From Candidatus Microgenomates bacterium (lineage in GTDB: Bacteria > Patescibacteriota > Microgenomatia > JACQLA01): DNA of 64,000 nucleotides. The translations under genes and the position numbers were made by a program. The notes beneath the pieces were generated by a model, which had not been told where the DNA came from, ran no database searches, and worked only from the letters and a program-made list of their open reading frames with translations. The stretch lies in NCBI GenBank assembly GCA_016204255.1, contig JACQLA010000005.1, forward strand, positions 4,339 to 68,338, in the 5' to 3' direction. Of this stretch, positions 1 through 11,698 are shown piece after piece (the first letter of the stretch is position 1; every line of letters starts with the position of its first letter).

Positions 1-162
1 CATTTTTTTGACCTCTGTCGAGACGAGGCGCTTGTTGGTATTGGTTTTTCTTGCAATTTCATTAACTCGAAACTTATTATCTTCGTTGTCAAGAAGAAGT
101 TTAAGCAACGCAACTCGTGATTGGCTACCAAAAAGCCTTGCAATAGTCTGAATGTCGGCCAT
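1..162 (-). CDS. Winged helix-turn-helix protein, 5' part only (runs off window)
   Basis: Manual translation from ATG at 162: MADIQTIARLFGSQSRVALLKLLLDNEDNKFRVNEIARKTNTNKRLVSTEVKKM. This is an ArsR/MarR-like wHTH pattern. Not in the ORF track. Confidence 0.7.
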   Translation of the reverse strand, partial: MADIQTIARLFGSQSRVALLKLLLDNEDNKFRVNEIARKTNTNKRLVSTEVKKM

Positions 163-170
163 AGACACCA

Positions 171-199
171 ATTGTATACAAGTGGGTAATATTTGTCAA
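171..199 (-). promoter_or_regulatory. Sigma70-type promoter for the wHTH gene
   Basis: TTGACA-17 bp-TACAAT on the minus strand, with the ATG 8 nt downstream of the -10. Confidence 0.65.
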
Positions 200-243
200 C
201 AAACCTAAAGTTGATTCCTTATATGGTGTGCTAAAATACTAGT

Positions 244-774
244 ATGGCACGCGGCGAAGGCGATCCTTCAGGAAAAGGTTATCCCGAAGAAAAAAGAAAG
301 CTTCTTAGATCAGTCTCTTTATCACCCACAGCAGAGATGTGGTTTAATCAACTAAAAGAAAAGACCGATCAAAACGAGCTATTACAAACTGCTGGTGAAC
401 CTGAATCGTTCTATATACATGTAGTTGCAGTGGCTCTTATGGAGACCGTCAGACGTAGTCAACCTCGTGGGATTCCTGGGACTCAGTCGCTTGAATCAAT
501 AATTAAATTCATCGATCAGGATGCTCCAGAGGAAGAACAACTATTTGATGCTGAGTTTCTTCCTTTTTCTTGCACTTGGGTTGCTGAAAAATGGCTGAAG
601 GATCATTTAGATTCGAAGCCGGCTCAAATTATAAAATCAGATGGACTATCAGCGCCTCTTTCCATCCATGCGAAACTTTTCTTAGAAATGTACCAGAAAT
701 TTCTTAAAGAAGAGGGAATATCACAGAGAAAACCAGCTTTTAATGTAGTCGCTATATCGCCTCAACAATTGTAG
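244..774 (+). CDS. Hypothetical protein (176 aa)
   Basis: ORF track; TGnTAAAAT element 6 nt upstream of the ATG; no recognisable motif. Confidence 0.6.
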   Translation: MARGEGDPSGKGYPEEKRKLLRSVSLSPTAEMWFNQLKEKTDQNELLQTAGEPESFYIHVVAVALMETVRRSQPRGIPGTQSLESIIKFIDQDAPEEEQLFDAEFLPFSCTWVAEKWLKDHLDSKPAQIIKSDGLSAPLSIHAKLFLEMYQKFLKEEGISQRKPAFNVVAISPQQL

Positions 775-848
775 GATTTCCTCAGTTCATTATTCCGTCA
801 AGATGTAGTTCCGCAGATCGGATTTAGAATGGTCTACTGTGGTCTAAC

Positions 849-3147
<2,299 letters not shown>

Positions 3148-3278
3148 AACCCTCTTGCGCATCAATCTCTCTCAAAAATCAACGATAATTAAATGAGATA
3201 CAAAAGCTAGGAGAAGACACAAATTGAGGTATCTTTCCTAAAAGGAAATCTTTTTCTAAAGATTTGGTTCGTATGAAA

Positions 3279-3380
3279 TTAGGCAATGACTAAAATTGTA
3301 ACTAAAGCTAAAAAAGCGACTATGCTTAAAGTTAAAAGATCATCATGTGGGAAAAGACTTGCCTTCCTCTTTTTGGCCAT
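3279..3380 (-). CDS. Small single-pass membrane peptide (33 aa)
   Basis: MAKKRKASLFPHDDLLTLSIVAFLALVTILVIA*; SD-like AGGGGGTG upstream; basic N-terminus followed by a hydrophobic helix. Confidence 0.55.
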   Translation of the reverse strand: MAKKRKASLFPHDDLLTLSIVAFLALVTILVIA

Positions 3381-3448
3381 TTAGCCACCCCCTTTCTAAC
3401 GTAAAAGTGACCCTATTATATTTAGCTTAACTTTAAGCCTTTAACTTG

Positions 3449-4078
3449 TCAATTCTTTCCTATGGTCACAATGGCATCGTAGGAGGCAGAAGAAGAAAGA
3501 GTGGCCGAGGTCGTCCCCAGTTGATACTTCTTTCCCAAATCTTCTTTCAAAAGCGTTAAGGTTTCCTGACTTTTTGCTTCAATTACTGTTTTTTCGAAAT
3601 CCGGCATTTTTTCGGCATTTCCGGTTGACTCAATAGTATAACCAAGACCCTTTAAATAATCGGCGGCTGATCCGGCAGCTCCTTTAACTCCACCGCCATT
3701 TAATACTCGTACGGAAATTGCTTGCCGCTTAAGTTCGGCGGCGGTTGTAGCCGCTCCCTGGGTTGAACCCATAGTTGGTGTTGGCGAGGGTTTTTTAGTT
3801 GGAGTGGGGGTCGGCTTTTTTGTGGGAGTTGGCGTGGAAGTGATCTCGGGTGTGGGAGTGGGAGTTGGTTCGGGCGTTAAAGTTGGTGTTGGCGATACTT
3901 CTTCAACAACTTCTTCGGTAGACTCTTTACCTAAAGTAAATTTATAAGCAACTACTCCGCCGCCAATAATCAAAACTAAAGCCACAACCGTTATTGCCAA
4001 CCAAAGATGCTTGCGCGAGGAGCCTCCCTGAATATTTTGGAGACTTTCCTGACGGGAAAAAGTTGCTCTCTCTTCCAT
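3449..4078 (-). CDS. Membrane-anchored protein with PT-rich linker and LytR C-terminal domain
   Basis: N-terminal TM helix, PT repeats, then VRVLNGGGVKGAAG...LGY...GNA...DAIVTIG. Confidence 0.85.
   Translation of the reverse strand: MEERATFSRQESLQNIQGGSSRKHLWLAITVVALVLIIGGGVVAYKFTLGKESTEEVVEEVSPTPTLTPEPTPTPTPEITSTPTPTKKPTPTPTKKPSPTPTMGSTQGAATTAAELKRQAISVRVLNGGGVKGAAGSAADYLKGLGYTIESTGNAEKMPDFEKTVIEAKSQETLTLLKEDLGKKYQLGTTSATLSSSASYDAIVTIGKN
3773..3895 (-). repeat. Pro/Thr low-complexity linker
   Basis: SPTPTLTPEPTPTPTPEITSTPTPTKKPTPTPTKKPSPTPT. Confidence 0.85.
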
Positions 4079-4125
4079 AAGTGGGGCCTATTTTAACCCG
4101 ACATTTATTTTTTTTCAAGCCCCGA

Positions 4126-4518
4126 TTATTTGTTATTCTCTACTTTTCCAATAACTGTTTCGGGGCTACCATCTTCTTTTTCAACGGAAAAAATTTGAAA
4201 ATGCTGAGCATCAGGATAGCGTTCCATCCTTGTTTTAACGGTTTTTTCCAAACTCACCCGCATCTGACCATCCCCAACACCCGGAAAACCACCGCAGTTT
4301 GAACCATGAGCCGCCCAACCCATTTGACGCGCTCCATGAGCGTAAGCATAATCAGCAGTTTTGGTACTATCTATTGCTGGTGCCCCGCCTGCTGTCGCCT
4401 CAATCCAGTAACCCGTCGCGGGTAATCCTGTAGCTTCTTGAAATTTTTCCTCCACCTCAGAGTGGAAACGCCGATCAGCACACATTTGTAAAAATCCCCT
4501 GGGTTGACCTCCTGACAT
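4126..4518 (-). CDS. Small carbonic-anhydrase-like (beta/zeta-class-like) metalloprotein
   Basis: CADRR ... AGG ... HGSNCGG metal-ligand pattern; SD AGGAGG upstream. Confidence 0.55.
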   Translation of the reverse strand: MSGGQPRGFLQMCADRRFHSEVEEKFQEATGLPATGYWIEATAGGAPAIDSTKTADYAYAHGARQMGWAAHGSNCGGFPGVGDGQMRVSLEKTVKTRMERYPDAQHFQIFSVEKEDGSPETVIGKVENNK

Positions 4519-4593
4519 TTAGAACCTCCTTAAAGTAATAAATTTAGGCGTATAAGGCTGGAATCTTAGCAGATCCAGAATGTTTTTGCAAGC

Positions 4594-6741
4594 CTAGACC
4601 AATGGTCGTGTATATCTTTCCTGGGAAACTTGTAGGGCTTTGACCCGATTTTGAGTCCGACAATCAGGTAATGGGAGAGTTGTGGCTAAAAAAGGGCGGC
4701 TAATGTGCCCTTCGATCGTCAGCTTAACAATGATTTGATGATTTGCCAAGGAGGTAAAATCCGATTCTTTATAAAGTTGATCAAATTCATAGAAAAAACG
4801 GCGGGCGTCACCCGCTCCAACAGCAAAAGACATTAATGTTCCGGCATTGCCTAGAATAGCCGCCTGAACATCTTCCGAAACTTGAGCTATATACTGGTTA
4901 GCTAAAACTAGATTGAGCCGATATTTCCGGGCCTCCGAAAGAATTTTAATAAAGGAGGTAGTAGCAAAATTTTGAAACTCATCGACATAAAGGAAAAAAT
5001 CGCGTCTCTCATTTTCCGGGATACTAATCCGCGACATGGCCGCCAGTTGAAATTTAGTAATGAACATCGCTCCTAAAAGGGCCGCCGCATCCTCACCCAA
5101 GCGCCCCTGTGAAAGATTAAGAATCAGAATTTTCCCTTTATTCATAATTTCTTCAAGGTCAATAGTTGACTGCGGCCGGCCGACAATGTTACGAATAAGA
5201 GGTGAAGAAAGAAACTGTCCAACCTTATTTAAAATTGGCCCGGTAGCTTCAACCTGGAGATTAATTGGCATCCGTTCAAATTCATTTATCCAGAAATTTT
5301 TAATCACGTTATCGGGAATTTTTTCGACAATTTTCTGACGGTAGTTTTTATCGGAAAGAAACTGCGGGACCTCCAGAAAACTTGCGCCCTTTACGTCCAG
5401 TAGGGCAAAAAGACAATTTCTTAAAATATGTTCAAGCCGGGGACCCCAAGTTTGAGCATAAAGTTTATGAAAAATGGCAATAATACCTGAGACAACCAGT
5501 TCCTTTTGTGCCGGATTCTTAACTTCCAGGGGATTAAGAATAAAAGAACGGGCTTGATTTGAGGGATCAAGATAAACCACGTCATTTATTCGAAACGAAG
5601 GAATATAATCTAAAAGAATCTCCGATAAATCACCATGCGGATCAATAACTGCCAACCCTTCTCCTTTACGAAAATCCGAAATAGCCATATTGGCTAAAAA
5701 CGTAGATTTCCCCGTTCCTGTCTTACCAATACTATAGATATGGCGGCGGCGATCCTCTCGCCTTATCCCAAAAGTAGTCGGTTTATTTTTAAATTCTGTC
5801 CGGGCGAAGAAGTTTATATTTTCCTTGTCGGCGTCTTCGGCCACCGGTAAGTTTTCCGGCGGCTCAGAAGGCATGCTTTTAATCCATGAAAGATTGGAAA
5901 CTTTAAGTCCCGCCGGAGGATGCCAAAGACTGGCCACCTCGTCAAGATTAAATATATGATTTCGGGGTATAAATGCGGCTTTTCTTAAAAGAATACTTTT
6001 TAAAAGTTTACCCTTTTGCCAAAGCATGGGTTTTTTAAATGTCAAAGAATTGGCTTCGGCGGAAAAAATACCAAAAGCGCCAGTTAAAGAGGACAGTAAG
6101 GATTCTGCGCGCTCCTGATCTTTAGCGGAGGTCAAAAGTCTAATTCCGACTTGAAAACCAGCCTGACCAATTTTTTGTTCGATGAGCTTATTTGTAACCT
6201 GTGTTTGAAAGCGAACTGAGTCGGGCGTGTCTTTTACCATCGCCCGCCAACCTTTATTTTGCCAGGAAGAGGCTCCAGTTAAAACCATTTGGAAAATCAT
6301 TTTTTCGCCTGGACCGGCCTTGCTTAAAGCGGCCAAAATCGAAGACAGGGGATCAGAATCTTTAAAACTACGCCAGGTACGCAAGGGATAATAGAAGGGT
6401 GCGCTTTGAACCATTTGTCCAAAAGCCAACCGCTCCCCATTTTTAAAAGCCAAATAATCTTTTACCGGAGTAATAACTGCCAGTGGATATTGGGCAGCAA
6501 TTTGACTTTCAAAGTAGGAAGCATTTTTTTGGGGCAAGATAACAAACAAATGAATTGACTGATCAACGACCGCAATTTCTAAAAATATCGTTGGTTTTTT
6601 TAAAAAAAGCAGGCGATCCCAAAGAGAGTATCCAACTAATGATATTAGATTAGCAAAAAATGAAGAGGCTACCTCAAGTGTTTCCTCTGTATCCCGAGGA
6701 ATTTTAACCTCTAGAATCGTCCTTGATTCAGAATCTGTCAT
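4594..6741 (-). CDS. VirB4/TraG/HerA-like (DUF87) P-loop ATPase typical of CPR
   Basis: Walker A GKTGTGKS, IDPHGDL, LYVDEFQNF, LSEARKY. ATG at 6741 preferred because it lies 6 nt after TGGTATCAT. Confidence 0.88.
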   Translation of the reverse strand: MTDSESRTILEVKIPRDTEETLEVASSFFANLISLVGYSLWDRLLFLKKPTIFLEIAVVDQSIHLFVILPQKNASYFESQIAAQYPLAVITPVKDYLAFKNGERLAFGQMVQSAPFYYPLRTWRSFKDSDPLSSILAALSKAGPGEKMIFQMVLTGASSWQNKGWRAMVKDTPDSVRFQTQVTNKLIEQKIGQAGFQVGIRLLTSAKDQERAESLLSSLTGAFGIFSAEANSLTFKKPMLWQKGKLLKSILLRKAAFIPRNHIFNLDEVASLWHPPAGLKVSNLSWIKSMPSEPPENLPVAEDADKENINFFARTEFKNKPTTFGIRREDRRRHIYSIGKTGTGKSTFLANMAISDFRKGEGLAVIDPHGDLSEILLDYIPSFRINDVVYLDPSNQARSFILNPLEVKNPAQKELVVSGIIAIFHKLYAQTWGPRLEHILRNCLFALLDVKGASFLEVPQFLSDKNYRQKIVEKIPDNVIKNFWINEFERMPINLQVEATGPILNKVGQFLSSPLIRNIVGRPQSTIDLEEIMNKGKILILNLSQGRLGEDAAALLGAMFITKFQLAAMSRISIPENERRDFFLYVDEFQNFATTSFIKILSEARKYRLNLVLANQYIAQVSEDVQAAILGNAGTLMSFAVGAGDARRFFYEFDQLYKESDFTSLANHQIIVKLTIEGHISRPFLATTLPLPDCRTQNRVKALQVSQERYTRPLV

Positions 6742-6802
6742 GCCTAAATGATACCACAAACAATAATTTTTTCCCAAAATATTTTTAAACCTAGCCTCAA
6801 TA

Positions 6803-6811
6803 TGCTATAAT
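6803..6811 (+). promoter_or_regulatory. Extended -10 promoter of rnpB
   Basis: TGCTATAAT about 6 nt before the P1 5' strand. Confidence 0.7.
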
Positions 6812-6816
6812 GTACC

Positions 6817-7312
6817 TGTTTAGGAGGCAGGACGATTGCTCCGCCTTTGGCGGAGAGGAAAGTCCAGACCGCAGGAAGCAGGGTGTCCCCGATTTAATCG
6901 GGGAACGCGAAAGCGCTAGTCCTTAAACTCTTTACCCACATGTAAAGTTTAAGGCGGATCCCGAATTAACGGGATACGAGAGCAACAGAGACGAGTGGGA
7001 GTGAAACGGGCAATCCTCCCCGCGGCAACCTCCGATCGACCCGCTTTCCCCGATTTATCGGGGGATTAAGGACGCTTCCCCGAGGGTCAAAGTTTGAGGG
7101 CACCATAAAAAATCCCGACGGTTATCGGGAAATAAAGTGGTCCCCCGATTTTATCGGGGGGAGATAGATGATCGTCACTCTGAGTCCGCCAGCTGGCGGG
7201 TCGAAGAGGAACAGAATCTGGCTTTAGATAGGTATTACCCCGCCTTTGGCGGGGGAACTATCGCAAGACAGTTCTGTTGAAAACAGAATCTGGCTTACTC
7301 GCCTCCTAAACA
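6817..7312 (+). ncRNA. rnpB: RNase P RNA with palindromic insertions
   Basis: GAGGAAAGTCC (CR-I), ACAGAGAC, TGAAAC, AGATAGATGA, ACAGAATCTGGCTTA (CR-V). P1 TGTTTAGGAGGC/GCCTCCTAAACA; P2 GACGATT/GATCGTC. Confidence 0.95.
6841..7254. repeat. Cluster of short palindromes from two families inside rnpB
   Basis: CCCGA(N)TCGGG type at 6886-6904, 7048-7063, 7113-7130, 7142-7160. CCGCC(TTT/AGCT)GGCGG type at 6841-6853, 7186-7199, 7238-7254. Confidence 0.9.
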
Positions 7313-7325
7313 ATTCATTCTTTCG

Positions 7326-8309
7326 TCATTCTTTTCGGTTCTGAAAAATATCAAGAAGAATAATTTTGGCCATTACAAAAAAGGGGACTGCTAAAAGAGC
7401 CCCTAGTGTCCCCATTAATTTTGCCCCAATCATTAAGGCCAAAATTGTCACCAACGGATCAATCCCCACCGCTTTTTGCATTAATTTTGGAACAATTAGA
7501 TTATTTTCTAATTGCTGTATTACAAAATATAAAGCGGCGGTAGCCAAAGCCAGAAGGGGTGAGATAGTTAGAGCAACAATCACCGCCGGAATTGCGCCGA
7601 TAATAGGACCTATTAAGGGTACGATTTCCAAAAATCCAGCGAATATTGCCAAAGGTAAAGCATAGGGAATGCGTAGCAAAGACAAACCAATATAAGCTAA
7701 GAGGCCGATGATAATCATCAGTAAAACTTCACCCCTCAACCAGCTTCCCAAACCCTTTTCAATTCGATTTAAAAGTTGTGTAAATCTTTCTTCCTGCCCG
7801 AAATTAGAACTTAAAATCTTGGCTAGGTTACGCCAGCGCAAAAGAAGATAAAAAGTGAAGACAAAAACCGTAAAAATAGTTATGATGTTACCAAAAAATC
7901 CTATTGTATAGCGAAAAACATCTCCCCCGAAAAAGATCGTCCTTGAGTCAAATGATTTTAAAATTTCTTGCGTGGGAAGCTGATAGAAAAAAAGCCGATT
8001 GACGGAATCAAATAGAATCGGCAGGCTCTCGCCCAGTTTTTTAGTCTGATCGATCAAGGGAGGCACAAGAAGCCCTATCCCCCCGCCCAAAATAATAAAA
8101 ATTAAAAAATAAATAAGAAGAATTGAAATGGGTCGAGGCACCCTCTTCTGGGCTAGCCACTCAACCGGCGACTGTAGAGCTGAAACCAAAATTAAAGAAA
8201 CGAATAACAGGAGAATTATTTCCCGAATCTGGATAAGCAACCAAATTGAAATGATCAGGGCGAAGGTAAAAAGAATGGTTTTATGAGAAACCTCAATTTT
8301 GCGCGGCAC
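7326..8309 (-). CDS. AI-2E family transporter (PerM-like)
   Basis: Multi-TM protein; EIVPLIGPIIG and QQLENNLIVPKLM motifs. Confidence 0.92.
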   Translation of the reverse strand: MPRKIEVSHKTILFTFALIISIWLLIQIREIILLLFVSLILVSALQSPVEWLAQKRVPRPISILLIYFLIFIILGGGIGLLVPPLIDQTKKLGESLPILFDSVNRLFFYQLPTQEILKSFDSRTIFFGGDVFRYTIGFFGNIITIFTVFVFTFYLLLRWRNLAKILSSNFGQEERFTQLLNRIEKGLGSWLRGEVLLMIIIGLLAYIGLSLLRIPYALPLAIFAGFLEIVPLIGPIIGAIPAVIVALTISPLLALATAALYFVIQQLENNLIVPKLMQKAVGIDPLVTILALMIGAKLMGTLGALLAVPFFVMAKIILLDIFQNRKE

Positions 8310-9282
8310 AAAAGGATTCTATCATGATTTCTATTTTTTTGTCAAAATCGGGCTGAGTAATATCAAACCATTTAATCTGTTTGTTTTTTTTAAACCATGT
8401 CATTTGCCGGCGAGCATAACTATGCTCATCATATTTCCAGCGACTAATGGTCTCGCTGAGGTTTTGTCTTCCCTCAAAATAAGGTCGCCATTCAAAATAG
8501 CCGTGTCCAGACATTGATACAAGATTCCAAGAATAACCCTTACCGATTAATTTTCTAACTTCTTCTTCAGCACCCATTTTAATTCTCTCCTCGACCCGCT
8601 CATCAATAAACTGATAAAGAATTTTAAATGGTGCTTTTAAACCGATCATTAAGACCTCGAAATTAGTTTCCTGACTTTTCTCTTTGACTTGTGGTTTTCT
8701 CATTTTTTCCGCTATCTCGATTGCCCGAATCAATCTCCGGGGATTTTTCCGATCCGATTCATTCATTGCCTGCCATCTTGTGGTCCAGGCTTTAGATAAA
8801 ATTTCCCCCAATTCATCGATTCCTAGCTCACTTAATTTTTTCCGTAACTTCCAATCCGGAGGTATACCTAAGCTCTTTATGTCTTCCAGTAATGCTTTTA
8901 TATAAAATCCCGTTCCCCCCAATAGGAATGGCAGTCTCCCCCGACACCAAATATCTCTAATAACTTTCCAGGAAAGATCATAATAATCCGCTGCCGTAAA
9001 TGACTGATCAGGATTTACTACATCCAACAACCAAACCGGAACTTCATTAAACCGGTAGGGCTTTATTGCTTGGCTAGCGCTAATTTTAATTTTTAATTTT
9101 TCTTTTCCAATTTTGGTTTTAGCATCTTGAGGCAAATCTTTGCCAGTGCCAATATCCATTCCACAATAAATCTGGCGCGAATCGCATGAGACAATTTCCC
9201 CACAAAACTTTTGGGCCATTTGAACCCCCAACTTTGTCTTCCCCACGGCGGTCGGGCCGCAAATTACAACAATTTTTTCCAT
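8293..9282 (-). CDS. miaA: tRNA dimethylallyltransferase
   Basis: GPTAVGKT, DSRQIY, GGTGFY, YARRQMTWF. Confidence 0.96.
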   Translation of the reverse strand: MEKIVVICGPTAVGKTKLGVQMAQKFCGEIVSCDSRQIYCGMDIGTGKDLPQDAKTKIGKEKLKIKISASQAIKPYRFNEVPVWLLDVVNPDQSFTAADYYDLSWKVIRDIWCRGRLPFLLGGTGFYIKALLEDIKSLGIPPDWKLRKKLSELGIDELGEILSKAWTTRWQAMNESDRKNPRRLIRAIEIAEKMRKPQVKEKSQETNFEVLMIGLKAPFKILYQFIDERVEERIKMGAEEEVRKLIGKGYSWNLVSMSGHGYFEWRPYFEGRQNLSETISRWKYDEHSYARRQMTWFKKNKQIKWFDITQPDFDKKIEIMIESFCAAQN

Positions 9283-9373
9283 GATTCCTCTCGTTAAAAT
9301 TAACTAATTTTAGCACATAAGCTTAAATTCTCGTTGTCTTGACAATTCTTTATTAAAATTCAATAATTAGCTC

Positions 9374-9859
9374 ATGATTAAGGAGCGCCATATTTGGTTT
9401 TTATTGCGTTTGACATTGGGTTGGCTTTTCCTTTGGGCATTTCTGGATAAACTATTAGGATTAGGTCTCTCTACTCCCGCAAATAAATCCTGGTTAGCAG
9501 GTATCTCTCCTACTGCGGGCTTTTTGAAAAACGCCACCACTGGCCCATTCGCTCCGTTTTTCCATAGTCTTGCAAATAATACTTTTGTCGATGGGCTTTT
9601 TATGGCAGGGCTTTTGTTAATTGGCCTTGCCCTGATTTTGGGCATCGGTTCAAAAATCGCGGGCTTCACTGGCGCGCTACTTATGATCTTAATGTGGCTT
9701 GCTCTTTTGCCACCTAAAAATAATCCTTTTTTGGACGAGCATTTAATTTATTTAGTTATTTTTCTTGGCTTTGCCACGCGAAAATCCGATCATTGGTTCG
9801 GCTTGGGAGAATGGTGGTCTAAAACATCATTGGTCAGGCAACATCGTTTTTTAGAGTAG
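9374..9859 (+). CDS. DoxX/DoxD-family membrane protein
   Basis: LRLTLGWLFLWAFLDK start, four TM helices, NPFLDEHLIY. Confidence 0.85.
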   Translation: MIKERHIWFLLRLTLGWLFLWAFLDKLLGLGLSTPANKSWLAGISPTAGFLKNATTGPFAPFFHSLANNTFVDGLFMAGLLLIGLALILGIGSKIAGFTGALLMILMWLALLPPKNNPFLDEHLIYLVIFLGFATRKSDHWFGLGEWWSKTSLVRQHRFLE

Positions 9860-9912
9860 CCTCTCTGTTCTACCTATTTATCGAGCATTAAACCTCGTGG
9901 CTTTCACTTAAG

Positions 9913-11121
9913 ATGAAAAAGAAAATTTTTTGGCTCTATATCACTGTCTTTATTAATATCATCGGTTTTGGGATGATCTTTCCCATCTTGCCGCTTTTTG
10001 CTGAAACTTTTCATGCTTCAAGTTTTGAAATTGCGCTTTTGGCATCAGTTTTTTCATTGGCCCAATTTTTAACCGCCCCCTTTTTTGGAAGACTAGCCGA
10101 TCGTTACGGCAGAAGGCCGCTTTTAATTTTTTCGGTTATCGGATCAATTATTTCTTTTTTACTCGTTGCCATTGCTCCCAATATTGAAATCCTTTTTTTC
10201 TCCCGCCTCCTGCACGGTTTATCATCAGCCGCCAACTTTCCTATCGCCGCAGCTTATATGGCCGACGTTACTTCAAAAAAGGAAAGAGCGGGCTATATGG
10301 GAAAGCTGGCGGCAATGTTTGCCCTAGGATTTGTCGTTGGGCCTCTCTTTGGCGGCATTTTAGGCAACCAAGGATTCCCCTTAGCATTTTCTGTAGCAGC
10401 AGGAGTTGGATTTATTAATTTACTCCTGCTTCTTATTTTTCTACCTGAGTCTTTAACTCAAAAGGCGGAAAAACTGGTTTTACGCGAGGGGATCTTTAAT
10501 TTTAAATCCATCTACCACGGACTGCGAGGCGATTTTGGTTTATTATTTTTTCTTCTTTTCGCCTGGGCTTTTTATGTTTCCAATTTTCAGGTGGCTATTC
10601 CTCTTTTTGCTGAGGAGAGATTTTCTTTTGGGCCCTTGCAAAACGGGTTTTTCTTTTCCGCCACTGGCGTCACCGCCAGCATCAGTCAGTGGTTTTTGCT
10701 TCCCTTTGCAGTTAAAAAAATCGGCGAGATTAAAACAATTTTTATCGGTATCATTTTAATGATTTTTGGACAAATATTAGCCCCCTTCAGCCCGACAGTT
10801 ATTTTTTTCTATCTCTTTTTCATTATTTCCATCACCGGTAGCGGCTTAAAACGCCCGACTATTAATGCGCTTTTATCGGAAAAAACTAAAGAAGGGCAAG
10901 GAACTACCATGGGCTTGGCCTTTTCTTTTGAAAGTCTCGGCCGAACATTCGGACCTTTAGCGGCAGGAATAATAATTGCCCCACTTGGACTTTCCGCGCC
11001 CTTTTGGCTAACGGCGTTTGTACTTTTATTTGGTCTTTTTCTTTTTTGGAAGATTGAAATGAGAAAAGAGATTAGCGAGAACCAAACCGTCCGGAAACAG
11101 TTTGCCAGTCAAGAGCCTTGA
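9913..11121 (+). CDS. MFS transporter (DHA1/TetA-like)
   Basis: Motif A GRLADRYGRRP, GFVVGPLFGG, about 12 TM helices. Confidence 0.92.
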   Translation: MKKKIFWLYITVFINIIGFGMIFPILPLFAETFHASSFEIALLASVFSLAQFLTAPFFGRLADRYGRRPLLIFSVIGSIISFLLVAIAPNIEILFFSRLLHGLSSAANFPIAAAYMADVTSKKERAGYMGKLAAMFALGFVVGPLFGGILGNQGFPLAFSVAAGVGFINLLLLLIFLPESLTQKAEKLVLREGIFNFKSIYHGLRGDFGLLFFLLFAWAFYVSNFQVAIPLFAEERFSFGPLQNGFFFSATGVTASISQWFLLPFAVKKIGEIKTIFIGIILMIFGQILAPFSPTVIFFYLFFIISITGSGLKRPTINALLSEKTKEGQGTTMGLAFSFESLGRTFGPLAAGIIIAPLGLSAPFWLTAFVLLFGLFLFWKIEMRKEISENQTVRKQFASQEP

Positions 11122-11662
11122 AAAATGCCGCGATGTAATCCGCACGCTTCAACCCATAATCCAGCATAAAAGCATGCTCAAAAACATCCATAACTAAAAG
11201 AGGTGTCGCACCAGCAAGATGCCCAACGTCATGCTCGTTAATCCAAACATTGAAAAGATGGTTAGTTTTTGCGTCAAAATAAAGAATTACCCAGCCAATT
11301 CCACGTATCGCGCCGATGCCTTTAAAATCTTTCTCCCAGATTTCATAAGAGCCGAATTCCTCGATAATTTTTTTAGCTAAATTTGACGATTGGTCTAAAT
11401 TTGATCCCTTTTTTATGAGGTTTCCGAAGTAATATTCGTGCAACCGCATACCGTTAAATTCCCAGCCGAATCTCCGGTTTAGTTCCGAATATTCCGGAGT
11501 TCCGATCTTACCGTCTTTTTTCATCCCAATAAGAATATCGGTTAACTTATTAGTATTGGTTACGTAACCCTGATAAAGAGTGAAGTGATTTTTTAAAAGT
11601 TGATCGCTAAAACCCGGGGTTCCTAAAAGATTTTCAAAATTTTGAAGTTCAAACGTGGTCAT
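11072..11662 (-). CDS. Fe/Mn superoxide dismutase family protein
   Basis: HFTLYQGYV, LHEYYF, GIGWVIL, DVFEHAF. Confidence 0.92.
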   Translation of the reverse strand: MTTFELQNFENLLGTPGFSDQLLKNHFTLYQGYVTNTNKLTDILIGMKKDGKIGTPEYSELNRRFGWEFNGMRLHEYYFGNLIKKGSNLDQSSNLAKKIIEEFGSYEIWEKDFKGIGAIRGIGWVILYFDAKTNHLFNVWINEHDVGHLAGATPLLVMDVFEHAFMLDYGLKRADYIAAFFKALDWQTVSGRFGSR

Positions 11663-11698
11663 TTTTCTAACTTTATTTTATCATTTTCACGCTCAAAG

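Noticed and set aside
4594..6741. Conjugative element implied by the VirB4/TraG-like ATPase
   Set aside because: No relaxase, mating-pair genes or integrase nearby; stand-alone copies are common in CPR chromosomes.
6841..7254. Palindrome cluster as a mini CRISPR array
   Set aside because: Spacing is irregular, two repeat types are mixed, and all lie within RNase P conserved regions.
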